Program-made: the position numbers and the translations under genes
Notes under the pieces: model-generated
What the model saw: only the letters and a program-made list of their open reading frames with translations
What the model was told of the DNA's origin: nothing
Databases searched by the model: none
NCBI RefSeq assembly: GCF_009914755.1
Contig: NC_060937.1
From: the human T2T-CHM13v2.0 reference genome, Homo sapiens
Length of the DNA stretch: 64,000 nt
Strand: one strand, 5' to 3'
Shown: positions 17,151 through 33,112 of the stretch, piece by piece
Numbering within the stretch: position 1 is the first letter of the stretch
Layout: each line of letters begins with the position of its first letter

Positions 17151-18235
17151 CAGGGTTGTATAACAGGCACGGTCCTGCAGCAGGAGGATGGACACTTTAG
17201 TTTTTGCCCTACTTCCCACTGAGCAAACAGGGCTTTAGGGAGTGCTTAAAAGTTGCACAAAACTTATTGCTCTGTGGTGTCCTTTCCCAAAGCTTTGTTG
17301 AATAGGGATAGGAGGGAAAGGAATGAGTCAGGGACAAGAGGGGTGGGTGGGTCGGGTAGGGGTGTAGAGAGAAATACAGAGAAGAGATCTTGAACAATGA
17401 ACCACCTTAGGCACGTTTGAATACCGGCAGCATACAGGACAATGATTATTTGTTCTATATGAAAGATAATTGGCTGAATAGATAGAATTGTCAAAGAGTC
17501 CAGAAAAGGGGCTTTGTCAGAAATGCATTTTGGGTTTTCGCCATAGATAATTTCTGCTTTGAAAAATAATATGGAGGAATGTATTTAGCCACTCTTTTTC
17601 CTAGAATAGCCATGGTGATATTTAATAATAAAATATTATTTAGTTCTGTTACCACAACAGTACTAATTGTTTTCCATGTTGTCTTTTTTCCCATGCATAT
17701 TTTCTTATGTGTTGAGGAGAGGCATTCCTCAGGATTATATTTTCCTTGTTAATGAAACTAAGAATTTTGTGGATGAGTCTGTGTAGGTGCAGTTTGAGCA
17801 CATTTTCCATTATTAAATCAAAGAACTGACCAGCGAATCCATATCAGCTCCCTACAATCTGTTCCCAGCCCAGCCTTCCTGCTTGGTCCGCTGCTAAGCT
17901 GGCTCCTTGTCTGCTTTGTCCCCAGGTTTTTGTTTGGGCTTTCGCAGCTACGGTGAGAGGCGACACTTCTGAGAAGTGAGGCGCATGCTCAGGGGAGCAA
18001 TGAGCCAAGGCGAGTTTAGCAGTAAAACCATTGCATGTTGTCCAGAGAGAGGCTCCTCAGGACCAATGCTGGGAGATAGCCCAGAGAGAGTTAGGCTGTC
18101 CTCAGATGCTCCCCAGAAACCCTTCATTTGCATAGTGCTTCTTTTGAAGAGCCCGATTTTGAAACACCACTTCTGTCTTAGCTGCAGGTGACCCCTTGTG
18201 ATCCACATTGGAGGTATACCCCAACCCTGCCCTCA

Positions 18236-18672
18236 GGTTAGATTCCTAGGGCTGCAAAAACAAATGACCACATATTTGATGGCTGAAAACAACAGAAATT
18301 TATTCCCACAGCTCTGGAGATCAGAAATTTGAAATTGAAAAATGTCAGGATCCCTCCCAAGGATCTAGGAGAGAATCCTTCCTTGCTGTTTCTAACTTGT
18401 GGCTTTTGGCGTTCCTTGGCTTGTGACTGCATCACTCCCTGCTCTGCCTCTCTCTTCACATGGCTATCTTACCTGCCTCTCTGTGTGTCCAAGCTCCCTT
18501 CTCCTTTCTCCCATAAGCACAATAGTCTTCGGACTTAGGGCCCACCCTAAATCCAGGATGATTCAGCTCTAGTCTTTAATTATATCTGCAAAGACCCTAT
18601 TTCCAAATGAGGTGACACCCTGGGGTCCTAGGTGGACATGAATTTTGAGGAACACTATTCAACTGATTATAC
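18236..18672 (-). mobile_element. MaLR solo LTR (MLT1B/C-like)
   Basis: Motifs cctagggctgc...aacaaatgaccaca, aaacaacagaaatttattcccacagctctggag and tctgcaaagaccctatttccaaat. Confidence 0.8.
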
Positions 18673-18771
18673 CCTCTTAGGGGAAATCAAGCCCGCTTCT
18701 ACCAGAGATATTTATTCAGAAAATAAATGTCTTATCCACCATATACTACTTTATTTGCTGATTTGTGCACA

Positions 18772-19328
18772 TTACTTTGGCCTGAATGTTTGTGCCCTTC
18801 TTAAAAATTACATGTTGAAACCTAGCCCCAAAGTTGATGATATTAGAAGGTGGGGTCTTTGGGAGGTGATTAGGTCATGAGGGTGGAGTCCTCATGAAAG
18901 GGAATGGTGCTCTTACAAAAGAGACCCCAGAGTGTGGTAGTACATGCCTGTAGTCCCAGCTACTCAGGAGGCTAAGGTGGGAGGATTTCTTGAGCCCAAG
19001 AGTTTGAAGCTGCACTGAGCCATGATGGCACCACTGCAATTCAGCCGGGAAGACAGAGACCATGTCTCTAAAAGTAATTATAATAATAATAAAATAATAA
19101 ATAAATAACAAAAGAGACCCCAGAAAGCTAGCTTGACAATTCCACCATGTGAGGACACAGTGAGAAGGTGCCATCTATGTGTAGGAAGCAGGCTCTCGCT
19201 AGACACTGCATCTTCCGGTGGCTTGATCTTGGACTTCCCAGACTCCAGAGCTGCAAAGCATAGATATCTGTTGTTTATGAGCTACTCATCTATGGTATAT
19301 TTTATAGCAGCTCAAATGGACTAAGACA
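18772..19328 (+). mobile_element. MaLR solo LTR (MST/MLT1A-like) interrupted by an Alu monomer
   Basis: Motifs ctgaatgtttgtgccc, gggaggtgattaggtcatgagggtggag, ccatgtgaggacacag and end tagcagctcaaatggactaagaca. Confidence 0.8.
18932..19107 (+). mobile_element. Alu right-arm monomer (AluJ/FRAM-like)
   Basis: Right arm only, with a (TAA)n tail. 17-bp TSD acaaaagagaccccaga at 18915-18931 and 19108-19124. Confidence 0.9.
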
Positions 19329-19762
19329 AGTATCAAAGTTCAATTAGATACAGCGTAAAAAAGAAAGAGAAAAACATAAATCATTGCAGTAGAATGTAGT
19401 AAATGCTCTGACGGAGATATTTGAGGTGCTCTCTACCAGCAAAATTAAGAGGGTGAGGGAGGTCTTGAATGGTCAGAAGTTTGCTCCTGGAGAAATGGGG
19501 AAGAATATGTCCAAGACAGGAAATCCCATCACGAAGCACAGAAAGATGAAAGGATATGATAAGTTCAGGTAATTGTTTCATCCAGCTTATGTATATCCAA
19601 GGTAGGATGGGAGTCTTTATTTGTAAGTAGATCTCCAGTGTGAATATGAAGTATTTTGGCTTAAATTCTGGGGGTATAAATCTGTTTCATAAAACTTTCC
19701 TTCTGTGGTATAAGTTGCTCAGAACTCTGAGATCGGCTTTCTGCCTTCATAGCTAGTTTTCT

Positions 19763-20075
19763 TTCTTTTTCTTTTTATAATTGTTTATTTTTTTTAAATG
19801 GAGTCTCACTGTTGCCCAGGCTGGAGTGCAGTGGCGCTATCTCAGCTCACTCCAGCCTCCGCCTCCCAGGTTGAAGCGATTCTCCTGCCTCAGTCTCCTA
19901 AGTAGCTAGGATTACAGGCATGCACCACCATGCCCGGCTAATTTTTGTATTTTTAGTAGAGATGGGGTTTCACCACATTGGCCAGGCTGTTCTCAAACTC
20001 CTGACTTCAAGCGATCTACCCACCTCGACCTCCCAAAGTGCTGGGATTACAGGTGTGAGCCGCTGCAGGCAGCCG
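19763..20075 (-). mobile_element. AluS
   Basis: Full dimer. TSD atagctagttttct at 19749-19762 and 20076-20089. Confidence 0.95.
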
Positions 20076-22482
20076 ATAGCTAGTTTTCTGAGAGGTACTC
20101 TCTGATGTGCTTCCTTGGCCAGAATAATCTGCATTGTAATGAGGGAGTTGGGGAATCCCATATCCAGGGACTCTTAGCCTGGAATTCATGCAACCCCAGA
20201 GGATGGTTAGGTATCAGACAATGAGAACACCTTAAAATGGCACAAATATATTGTGTTTACCTTTTAATATTTTTGTGCAGAAGGAGTCCATAGCTTCTTT
20301 GGCTAGATTATAAAAGGGCTCCATAATATCAACAAAGGTGGCAGTGATTTAGACATCTCTGCATAAAATCAAACAAAGACTTTTAGCTGTCACAATATAT
20401 TATTTTGAGCTACATATGCTTTAACTAGGTACTGTATTGTTTACTAAGTAAATTAGTAAATTATTCAAAAGGTAGTCAAACATAGAAGTACCTTGTGATA
20501 TCCAGTTTTATTTATAGTTTTTGATTCTGCTTTTAAAAAATTGGAATAAAAAGGTAGACCAAGCCCCAAATTATTTTACTATAAGTCATAAGAATTTGTC
20601 ACTGAAGTTTCTTTTAAGGATAATTGGTAACAAGCAGAAGTTCAAGCAGAGAAAAGAATTCCTCTCCTGTTTTACTCTCAGAAGACAGTGATCTTTGTTC
20701 TATAATTCCTTAGGTTTTAGTGTGTATCCATGAGAAGGATCTCTATTCTGATTAATGTGGAAGCACTGGATGCTCATATGAGTACAACCTGGCATCCTAG
20801 AAATAATAGGAATACAGAAACAAGAAGAGAAATAATTTTAATTTCTATGCTAATCAAGTTTCATTTGAAAGTCTTTTAAGCAGACTCATCTCATTATATA
20901 AAAATACAGTCTTTTATTAAAACTATAGAAATTTAATAAAAAATATAATTGATGTTTTGCATTTCCTACATGACTCTAACCTAATATTTAGCCAGTTTAT
21001 AGACTGGCTAAATCAACCTTCAGCCGTATTATTACTGTTTTAACTTTGGCTAGTGAATATCCATATGAATCTTGTGAATGTGTGGGATATGGCTAAATTG
21101 TCAAAGACAATTTCAGTGTGGCAGAGCACCCAGAACCTGAGGAGACAGTAGTGAAGAAGTATTAATGGATCATGAAGCAGTAGTAACAGTGGTTTGTTGA
21201 TATTGAATGATCCAGGGCCTACCTCCTGGGCTTAGAACAATTTTTTTCACTATATATTCATGTACTTAATCATTCACTCAATGTGATTAGTTACATTGGC
21301 AATATAAGGTAACTAGAGAATCTTCCTAGTATTCACTTTAGTGAAATAATTTGGGTTGCTGCTATTTACCTCTTACATATGCTGCTTATAGATTCTGGTT
21401 GAATCCACGGACTTTGTTTCTATGCTATTAACTAGCTACATGGGGGGAAATTATGTTTAGTGAGAATATTTGCTATTATTTGTTCAACATAGGCAATAGA
21501 TTAGGAAAGTGTTAAAGAAGACATGGTTGATGCCTACTATAGATCAAAGACTTAGCAACAAAAAGCTATGGTGTTGCTGGTACCAGATCACACTTTGCAG
21601 CAATCTCCAGTTTGGGACATATAAAGAGTTGTTCTTCGTTTTCTATGTCCTGAAAGAATTCTAGCTTCCTTTATTACGTTTTAAAATCCTTTGTCATTAG
21701 TTATAGTGCTGAGCATATAAGAAAACTATACAGCATCTATTTTAATTAAAAGACCTTAGATGAAAGTGGCAGAATCCCAATTCAAACAACCAGAAACAAA
21801 TAAATGATTTATGTGCTCACAAACCAAAAAGGACAGGGGTACAGATGACCTTTGGGAAGAATGGTAAAGGGACTTAGACAACCTCCCACAGACTCTCTCA
21901 CTCTTTCACTTTCTGTATCACACCTACACCCGTGTACATACGCATGCACATGGGTTGACGCAACAGCCTCCAACACACATGTTTCTGCTTTTATCAGCCC
22001 TTTAATCTGAATCTTGTCTACTGCAGATGGATTTTTCTCCATACAGGAGGAACATGGATTTTAGCATCATCTAAGGTTGTAGTTTTACTATGCTCTGACC
22101 AAGAAAGATTAAAGGCTTTTCCTTAGCAGTTTAAGGGAGAAAAAAAATATTCAGGGGGAAAACTCAGATTGACTTTGCTTGGATGAAATGGTCAGGTTTG
22201 AACCAATCACTGATGATAGAGGGATGGTAGCGTTCTAAATTTGGGTCACCACTGGGGGCAGGTAGGAATTGGGGCAACGAGATGTGAGACTGTAAGACTT
22301 TAAGGAGTCCTTCTGAGCAGACCACAGTTTTCACTAGATACAACTGCATTCAGGTTGATATTGATCTTGAGTATCATTGATTACGTGTACAGCCTTCTTA
22401 ATGTAACAAAGATGATACATAGCTTATTTTCAGACTTATAACCAAATGACAGCACAACAGGACAAAATAATTCATTGATGAT

Positions 22483-22954
22483 TGTGGTAGGTAGAATACT
22501 GCCCCCATCAAAGACACCCCTGTAATCCCTTGAATCTGTGAATATGTTAGATTACATGGCAAAAGGGACTTATGATTGCTAATCAAAAGATTATACTAGA
22601 TCATCTGGGTGTGCCCAATACAATCACAAGGGCCCTTACAAGTGGACACGGGAAAGAAAGAGTCAGAATCAAGTGATTCAACATGAGAAGGACTCAACCT
22701 ACCACTACTGCCTTTGAAGATGGAGAAAGGGGACCAAGAGCCAAAGAATGCAGCCTGTCTCTAAAAGCTTGAAAAGGCCAGGAAAGAGATCCTAAAGCCT
22801 CCAGAAGGAATGTAGTCTTGACGACACCTTGATTTGAGCCCAGCCAAACCATTTTAGACTTCTGATCTCCAGAACTGTAAGACAATAAATGTGTATTGTT
22901 TTTAGGCATAAAGTTTGTGGTAATTTGTTATTGTAGGACCAGGAAATGAATACA
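22483..22954 (+). mobile_element. MaLR solo LTR (MLT1D-like)
   Basis: Begins tgtggtaggtagaat and ends gtttgtggtaatttgtta...gaaatgaataca. Flanks atgat and gtgat form a 5-bp TSD at 4/5. Confidence 0.85.
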
Positions 22955-23489
22955 GTGATCTTTGGACATATTCTTTGGCATAGTCAACAGAATATACATC
23001 AGAAGCTGTTTCTGAATTATGTATTCCCATGTATTTTGAAAAGCTTTTTTACAAAAAATCTGAAAAAGAATTATGTATAAAAGATTATTTCCTTTACTGA
23101 GAGTATCTCAACTATAGGCATAAACATAGATTAGTTGAGATATGATTTTCTTCTTGGCTTTTTTCTTGCTTTGTCTTAAAATGAAACCAGTCCTCTTATA
23201 ACTTTTTCCAAAGCACAACTTTATAGCTTACTCGTTGCACCTATTTGAAGTCTTACAATTTATTCCATGTTGTAATATAATCTTGGTATGTTGTTTTTAA
23301 TGATTACACATTAACATATTTTAACCAAGCATAATATGCATTATATTCCGTCGTTTAATCAATTTTTCTATTTAAATGGCCCATGAACATAATTACAATA
23401 TTTTAATATTATGGCCTAAATTGTTTTACTATTTTTACATTGTAATTCTACATTGCAATTTGGGATGCATGTCTTTGTCTAACATAGAT

Positions 23490-24168
23490 AAGTAGATTCA
23501 CATTTTGCAGGGTTTACATTTTGGGAGTCCTTTTTAATAAAATGAATTCAAAATCAAAAGTACAAAGTTAGTTAAGGTGAATACTAACTTAGGATGAAAA
23601 GGCAATCAGCACAAATTACATTTTTATATCAGACAGATACCATAAACCTCACAAATCTAGAATATGATGTAATTATAATTTTACACATCTGTTGTAAGTG
23701 GCTCTGTATATTTCAAAACTTGTTCATTCTCAACTTCTTAAATGTGGGCTGAGCATTATAGGATGCATACAATTTTATTATTTGATCTCTCGTCTTAAAT
23801 TGTCATGACCCAAGAGGGCTACAGCAGTATTTCTAGAAGGCATTTCTATACCCTGAAAAGCCACAGAAGTGATGGTACCCCACTAATCGCAAAATGAATG
23901 TGTCCTCAACCCACCTTCTCTTTGGCTGAATCTCAGAAGTACCTGGAGTCTTTCCAGAGCCACTGGACATGAGAGGAAATGTGGATGAGTCAAAGTTAGA
24001 ATAGAAGGAGAGTCAGTCATCTTACTTCACTCAAAATTTCTTATTTTGGAAAAATTTAAAACACGTATGTCATCTATTGTCATGGTCCTTCTCAGTGCCA
24101 GAGACTCCCACCAGTGAGGAAATCTAAAGAATAGTTGCTGTTAGTTCCATGGTAAATGTGCCTGTCTC
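23490..24168. mobile_element. Possible old hAT-Tip100 element (MER115-like)
   Basis: Start tagattcacattttgcaggg...ttttgggagtcctttttaa and end ttagttccatggtaaatgtgcctg resemble my recollection of the consensus. Confidence 0.45.
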
Positions 24169-25467
24169 TTTGATGATTGATACTGAACAACTGCACCTGG
24201 GGCTGTACCCAAAGTGGAGAACAGTGAGTTTCTGTGTCGTGACTGTCATTGACCTTCCACCTTTCCTCTCCAAAAGAATAAGAAGCAAATCAATTGTGAA
24301 GATGGAGCAGGTGCTGTGATTCAGCCTTTCTTTATATCACCAGACAAGGTGAAGCCTTCCTGGGTTTATCATGGTCTCCCAAAGGACTGTTGACACCTTT
24401 GTACCTACGCAGCTTTCTGCTGCTTGATGCTAATATCATACACGTTCTTCTGAAATATTAACAGGAAAATATCTGTTTGAATAAATAGCTTTGTACAAGT
24501 GTATGTCTCCATCCCAGGCATCCTTCCACTCCCTGGGTGTGTATGGAATTAGAAACATGTACCACTTCATCAGCTTTCAAACACATTTTTTAAAATCTGG
24601 AAGTGTATAGCCTGGGGCCTCAGTGTTTCTATTTCTGTTTATTTGTCATACAGAGTGTTGCTTCTCACCTGAACCCCTTGCAGACATTCCAGCAAAATGA
24701 AAACATGACCTTGAGCCTTAGTTTCACAGTCCATGAAAAGCTCAACTTTTATTATAGAAATTCAGGGTTAGAGCCCTTCTTTTTTTTCTCCCACTTAAAA
24801 AGGGATAAAGAAACTAACCCACCCAGATTGCTGCTAAGCCTAACATGAGCTTTGCATAGCCATTGAAAAAGGTTCCCACACTCTAGAATTTTTATTCCAC
24901 CTTTTAAAATGCTCTTGTCCATCTCTTCTGAAGACTTTGGAGACAGGAGATTTTTCAGTCTTAATGCATTGAAATGAAGATAATACAAAAAGAAAGCTTT
25001 TTCAAAATTTTTAGTCTCAAAAAGTCTTCTCTTGGGAAAAGGCAGACCTTTATCTTAGTCAAAAGGGAATGAGACTGTTGGCAATGACAAATTAAAGTTT
25101 GAGGGGATAATTGAAATAAGGAAATGGAAAAGTATGGCTGATTATCCCCAAAGCCTGGATCAGACAAGGAAATAAGCCAGAGGCAGCATAGATTTGAGTG
25201 AAGATGTGCACCCTCAGGTCAAGAGCTGAGGCTGGTTGGGAGCAAAGAAAAATAATAGAAAGAAAGAAATGGGAGGAAATGTTTTAATACATTTAAGATA
25301 GTGGAATATAAATAAGCAGGCAGGGGTTTCTATTTCTATTTATTGTGTTTCCTTTGCCTGCACAGAGTGTTGATTGACTTCACCTTTCTCCGTATCCAGA
25401 AATCCATCTATGTGATTAAACTTTTGTTCTTAAACAAGGCTTCTAATATTAGATGGAAGATTTAATG

Positions 25468-25595
25468 AATAATAGTAGTTAACATTAAGTGAGTACTTAT
25501 AGAGTTCTAGGCACTGTTCTAAATGTTTGACTTATGTCATTTAATAATCTCATCAACCTCATGATGATGGTAGTATCATGATTATCCCTACACAG
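25468..25595 (-). mobile_element. MIR fragment
   Basis: Motif aataatagtagttaacatt...gagtactta...ctaggcactgttctaa...atttaataatctca. Confidence 0.65.
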
Positions 25596-26195
25596 CTAGT
25601 AATAACACCAGCGTCTCTGTCTATATAAATTTAATCATTCCTATTTCCATCAATACCAATTCAGTCTAGGTTCTTGCTTTTGCCCTTCTCTCTGTCTAGA
25701 ATAACCACTGACACCTTGTAAGCCTGAAAAAAATGCAACCTCACATGTAGCTGTGATCACATTTTCCTCCATATTCCAGCTAAACCGGTGCGCACTTTTA
25801 GTTTTGTATTTGCCGTTTACTATAATTATTTGTTGGTGTTGGTCTCTCTGACTCCATGAGTAGTGTTGATTTTCTTTGTATTTCTAAAACCTAGAATCTA
25901 GCAAACATTTGACTGAATAAAGAATAATGATTGACTGTGAAACAAATGACTACATGAGCGCACAGATGGATCCAGTGTTTTTTTCTTTTAAATAAATGAT
26001 CATGTACCAGTAATTACAGAACTGGTTCTAAACATGGATTCTTATGTAGTTAGAGATCCATGAATAGAAAATCTTTATTTAATTTAATACGAGGCCTCTA
26101 GCCTAGTATTCAGTTAGTTCTAGGTTCCCCAGCACTGATCTGGAAGGGAAAAGAAAATTGAATCTGAAATGAGGCTGGGATGTGTGTGTGGGGTA

Positions 26196-26199
<4 letters not shown>

Positions 26200-26238
<39 letters not shown>
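26200..26238. repeat. (TG)n microsatellite
   Basis: About 19 uninterrupted TG units. Confidence 0.95.
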
Positions 26239-26242
<4 letters not shown>

Positions 26243-28856
26243 CTGTAGTTGTGACTTAATATCAAAGACAATTGCAGATAATATGAGAACTTTTCATTAT
26301 TTATGCTTGTTTTCTCTAATTGAGATTAGATTATATTTTGCAGATAAACAATTTGAATTCGTTAATAACGTGATTTTTGAAAATCACTGACGCTTGTTAA
26401 TGTTAACTAGGATAAATATTATTCTCTATTTAAATTGTGTGTTTTGATCTTTCCCTTTAAAAATAATTTACTACAAATTTTAAAATATTAAATATTAATA
26501 TGATAATGCAATCCGAGGTTTATAATTTAGCTTGATCCCATGACAGAGTAAGCTAATGTTAACTATATAATCAACAACTTGTAAAAAATGTTCAGAGATT
26601 ACCTCTTAAGGCCCACAGTAATAAAACTATCTACACTTTTCTCTAAAAGTCATAAAAATGTTTGTGAAATAAAATCAAGTTTCATATTTTTGTGTACTGA
26701 AATTAGTTTCTTATTCTTACCCAATTATCTAACATACAATTGTCATTTTGTTATGAGATACATACACTTCTCATTACACATGGAGAAGCATTATGTCATT
26801 ATTTTTATAAAAGGCTGATAAATACAGTTGTTCCTTCATGTATGGCTCCCATACAGATTCCTGGTAAGATGATTCTATAAAATTATATAACTCAAATCTC
26901 CTGTTGACTTTCATCTGAGGACAGGCAGTGGGTTCACCGTGAGTCACTGTAGTTCAAAGATGTAAAGAAATCTGTTGTAATCACACTTAACCTTCGCAGA
27001 GCACAAATTTAAAGGGAGACTCATGATTTAAAAGTGGACAATTAACAAATGACCTTTCTCCTTCACATTAGGTGAGATCATCAGGGCAGTGTGGTAAGTA
27101 GTCTGACTGTAGAATATTTTAAAGGAATGAAAGTTTTTTTGGGTATACCTTCTGGCCTTCTGGGCCTGTTTTTGGCCTTCTGGCCCTGTTTTAAATCCCA
27201 TTTTTAAAAACCCTATTGCTTAAAACAGCTAAAAGAACAAATTTTGTAAGCATTCCATTAGACTGGCTAAACATCTCCCCCCACCCAGTTTACAATGTAT
27301 ACAATCTCTTATATTCATGTGGCTTAGTGATTTGTACAGGATGACCTAAAGCCACCAGGATTCCTGGAGATATTCTTAGATGTTTACTAGGTTGCTTTGG
27401 AGAGTGAGAAGAAATCTGGGCTTGTTGAGCTTTACCTACCCTACCTACTGCTTTCTCTGGGCAAATTCACTTACATATGTTTTATTTAGCATGGATCTGT
27501 TAATACTTTCATTTGGAATGAAATGTTTCTGCCGGTTTCTTTCTGTTCTTGTGCAAATGTGAAAACTATTGCTTTAGCGAAAGCAAACACCGTTACTTCC
27601 TGAATCACAGCTCCCTCCAAACCACTCCTCTCCAGATAAACATTTATGTTTTATGCCCCAGTAACTACACTTCCTTTTATTTTCCCTGCTCTGAGCCTTG
27701 AAGTGTTCACCTGAAAGCATTTTAAAATAGTCTGTAATTCCAAAGGAAATGAAGTAATTGTCCATGGAAGGGAGGTGAGGACTCAGGATACAGATTGACC
27801 TGGGGTTGCTCATGAATTGAGACCAAAAGAAAAACAGAGGTAGAATAAAATGAAAGGGAGAAGAGCTCAGTGAACATCTGTGCTTTCTCTTTGCCGAGTC
27901 CTGACACAGCGCTCACTACCCCTCTGCATTTTATCCCTGTCACCATTTGGAGAATCAGGCAGGAAGGCCCAGCATCAGGGATTTCCTCTCCCTTCAAATT
28001 CTGGTCCCTGCAACCAGCTGGAGCCACCCACAGATTCCCTTTGTTGATGAGTGCTTCCGGAAGGTGAAGGAGAACCTCCCCATCAGGGGGCTGCAATGTT
28101 CCAAACTGCAGCATCATTCATGACGTGGCTAACATTTACCTTCATTTTTGTAGGGGGTGGAGAAAGGTATTTTTTTATAGTAATAAAATACAATCTGTGA
28201 ATTCTGCCATATACCAAATTAAAAGAGGTTTTGCGGTACAGCTTTCCATGGAGACAAGGAACAGGTAATTATTCAGAGATAATGCTTCTGAAACAGAACA
28301 TTGTCAGTATATAATGGTTCCCTGCCGGTAGATAAATGCAGAGGCAAAGACAGCATATTTATTTTTTAAAGCAAGAGACATTCAGTGATGCAATTGCAAC
28401 TCTTGAAATTACCTTTCCTGTTTTACCAGATGAAAGGTTGTAGATTTAATCATCATGCCTGATGGAGCACTGGTGTCACAAAGTGACAGAAATAAGCCCA
28501 GTGACAGCAGCCCTGCTGTGTACAGATTGACTTAGTAAACACTCTTGGCACAGACTTTAGCCGTTGAGGAACTTCTTAGTTATAAATGGGTGGATTCTCC
28601 ATATAGCTGCTCAAATTCTAAATTCATTATATTCCTGCCAGTTAAGCCTTCGTATGTCTTTGCTTTGCCAATGAAAACTCAGCCGGCCAGGAACAAATCA
28701 TATACAGACTTAATTTGAATTCAAGGGATGATATTGCTTCTTCTGTAGGTTAAGGGTTGCAGTGGTAGCTCGATAGTTGTGTAACTACACTGCACTGCAA
28801 GGGCTCATCAGGTCCCACTCAGTATTTTATTTCTAATAATAGTAATGGCTAATTTT

Positions 28857-29148
28857 TTTTTTTTGAGATGAAGTTTCACTCTTGTTGCCCAGGCTGGAGT
28901 ACAATTGCACGATCTAGGCTCACCGCAACCTCTGTCTCCTGGGTTCAAGCGATTCTCCTGCTTTAGCCTCCTGAGTAGCTGGGAATACAGGAGCCTGCCA
29001 TCATGCCCAGCTAATTTTTTGTATTTTTAGTAGAGACGGGGTTTCATCACGTTGGCCAGGCTTGTCTTTAACTCCTGACCTCAGGTGATCCACCCACCTC
29101 GGCCTCCCAAAGTTCTGGGATTACAGGCGTGAGCCACCGCACCCGGCC
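28857..29148 (-). mobile_element. AluS (Sp/Sq-like) inserted into a MIR
   Basis: gtttcactcttgttgccc and caccgcaacc variants. TSD agtaatggctaatttt at 28841-28856 and 29149-29164. MIR-like sequence continues to about 29330. Confidence 0.93.
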
Positions 29149-30214
29149 AGTAATGGCTAATTTTATTGAGCATTTAATGATGCGTTAGACACTGTTCTAA
29201 AGACGGCACATGTATTTTTCATCAACCCTATAATGTATTTTTAAAATGCGGTAGATTTCTCTTTTACCCAGGGAGAAAGGAGAACTTAAGGGAATGGCTT
29301 GGATCTGATCACATGGCTAATAAATGGTAGAACTTCGACTCATTGAGTTGATGGGCCTCTTAACCATTGTACCTTTGCTATTCAAAGTGTGGTTTGTAGA
29401 CTAACGGTATCAGCATCAAATTGTATTTCAGATACAACTTCAGACCCAGTTAATCAGAATTTGCATTCTAAAGAGATCCCAGGTGATTTGTAGTCTTCTT
29501 CATAGACAGTGTCTACAAACTTTTCTGGAATGCTTTTGCTATTTTAAAATGAAGATCACTACCACCCATGGATTTTTATAGCCTTTCTCATCATCTTTGA
29601 TCTATTAAGCACTTTGAAAATTACACTACAATTTAATGGCACAGAAAAGAATGAGTTTTGTGGACATTTTAATTTTAGAAAAATGTCATTGTAAGTGAAT
29701 AACAATTTTCTCCGAAATAAGCAGCTTACCTTAGAAGTTAGCTTGGGACTGATTGATGTGAGTCCCCGAGAGATAGCCCTTTTGCTGAATCAGACAGATC
29801 TTTCATCTATCTCTAAAAAGTACCATCTACTCCAGGAAACCTGGCAGTTTCTACTACCTTTATCTGCATTGCTTTGCTTGTGACAGTCCTTTGCATATAT
29901 GATGGCCTTTTTCAGTGCTTTCTAAAGCTATTTTTAATACAAATGAAGGATTTGAATTTAAATTAAAATCCAGCTGCACACATTATTATTAAAGATAATT
30001 TCGTTGTGGAGAAAATCTAATCAGTAGATATTTTTATTGATGTTAATGTGCCAATTCTCAGACAATAGGAGTACATCTTTTTTTATAAAGAAATCATTTT
30101 AAAATTGATCCTAATTTCAGAAACCTTAAAATATGAAAACAACATTTTAGAGTTAAGGGTTTAGCTAATTAAATGTTTTCCAAATTTAATCTTAGTGTTT
30201 CTTCAATAGGGGGA

Positions 30215-30375
30215 CACTGGTATATCTTAAAAAGAGCCCTGGACTAGGAGGCAGAAGATCTGAGTGAAATCCTGATTCAGACACTTATAGGCTGTATGAC
30301 TTTGCGTAGGTCATTTAACCTTTTGGAGACTCCTTCATCTTGTCTGCAAATAAAGATAAAACACGAGAATTAAAT
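30215..30375 (+). mobile_element. MIR fragment
   Basis: Motif aagagccctggactaggaggcagaagatctgagt...ctgtatgactttgcgtaggtcatttaacct. Confidence 0.7.
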
Positions 30376-30584
30376 AAGGATTGAAACTTGCGGTTTTCTG
30401 TTTCACTCATTTCTGTAACAGGTTTCATGTTTTACTTTCATTTTCACTGCTTCTCAAAGTGTAGTCTGAGTTATAAGATTCCTCTTTCATGTAATTTTTT
30501 TTTATATTTCTTACAAGTTTTTTTGGAATTATGACCACAGACCATAGCTTGTAGAAAACATGTGATATTTCAATGCTTTTTGTA

Positions 30585-32039
<1,455 letters not shown>

Positions 32040-33112
32040 TCTCTTGATATTTCAATGCTTTTTACATGATCTAGTATATGATGGATATCTCTATTTTTCA
32101 TAAATGTTCTGTGGATAGTTTAGAGAAGGTTGATTAGAGTAAGAGGCAAAGTTGACATATTAAATAAATTATCCTTATTAATTATTTTGTTCTGAGTTAT
32201 ATAATACTGCTTAGACTTTCTCATAATAGTAATCAACTTCTCATCTGTTTCTAACAGTTTTTATGTCATATATATTGATAATGAGTGATATTGACCAAAA
32301 ATTCATGACTTCACATATTCCTTAACATTCAAATTATAGAAAAAGAAAATCATATGACCTTTTTGTTTTGTTTAGTTGTTTTGTGTTAAATTCTGCTGAG
32401 TCTGAAATTTAGGCTACCATGCCGTTTTTCTATATGCTTGATAAATCTTTGACAACCCTTTACATTTTATTCTTCTTCATTCCTTTGAGTCAGATTTGTC
32501 ACTTTGGGGCAGCATACACTTTGATTTATGATTTTGTTAATTTTTTACCTAATCTACAAATCTTTGCTGTAAGAGAGTAGGGATTAAAATATTTGAGTTT
32601 ACTATCATAATTGACATATTTGATTTTATTCCTGCCAACTTATTTTATCCTTTCTTCATACCATTTTTAATTTTGTGTCTTCTTTCAATTATTTTATAAA
32701 ATACACTGCATACAGTTTAATGCCCAATCCTTTGAAAATAAATATATATTTTTATTTATCCTAATGGTTACCTTATATTATTTTAAAAACATTGTCAGTA
32801 TTCATTTTATATCAAGGTCTCAAATTTAATGGTGTCATTTGTTCTTCATCTATTTAAAATGAAAGATATAGCATTTTTTCAATTTTCCTCCCATCTTTAC
32901 TCACTGGAAATTATTAGTATAAACTTTGCTTTTTATAACTAGGTAAATAAAATATTAACTATTTTATAGTGCTTCTGTTTTAATCATTAATTTTGATATT
33001 TCCATTGAGTTGTATAACCGTATTTATAGTGGTCCTTAAATCCGACTACTATAGGAATTGATTAACGTAATATAGACAGCCCCATTTTCCAATTCTCCCA
33101 TATTTTGAGCCC

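Noticed and set aside
27153-27192. 20-bp tandem duplication tggccttctgg(g/c)cctgtttt
   Set aside because: Real, but an ordinary slippage duplication.
26930-28760. Repeat-poor stretch with an AP-1 motif (tgagtca near 26940), possible intronic enhancer
   Set aside because: Short motifs occur by chance. This cannot be supported without conservation or chromatin data.
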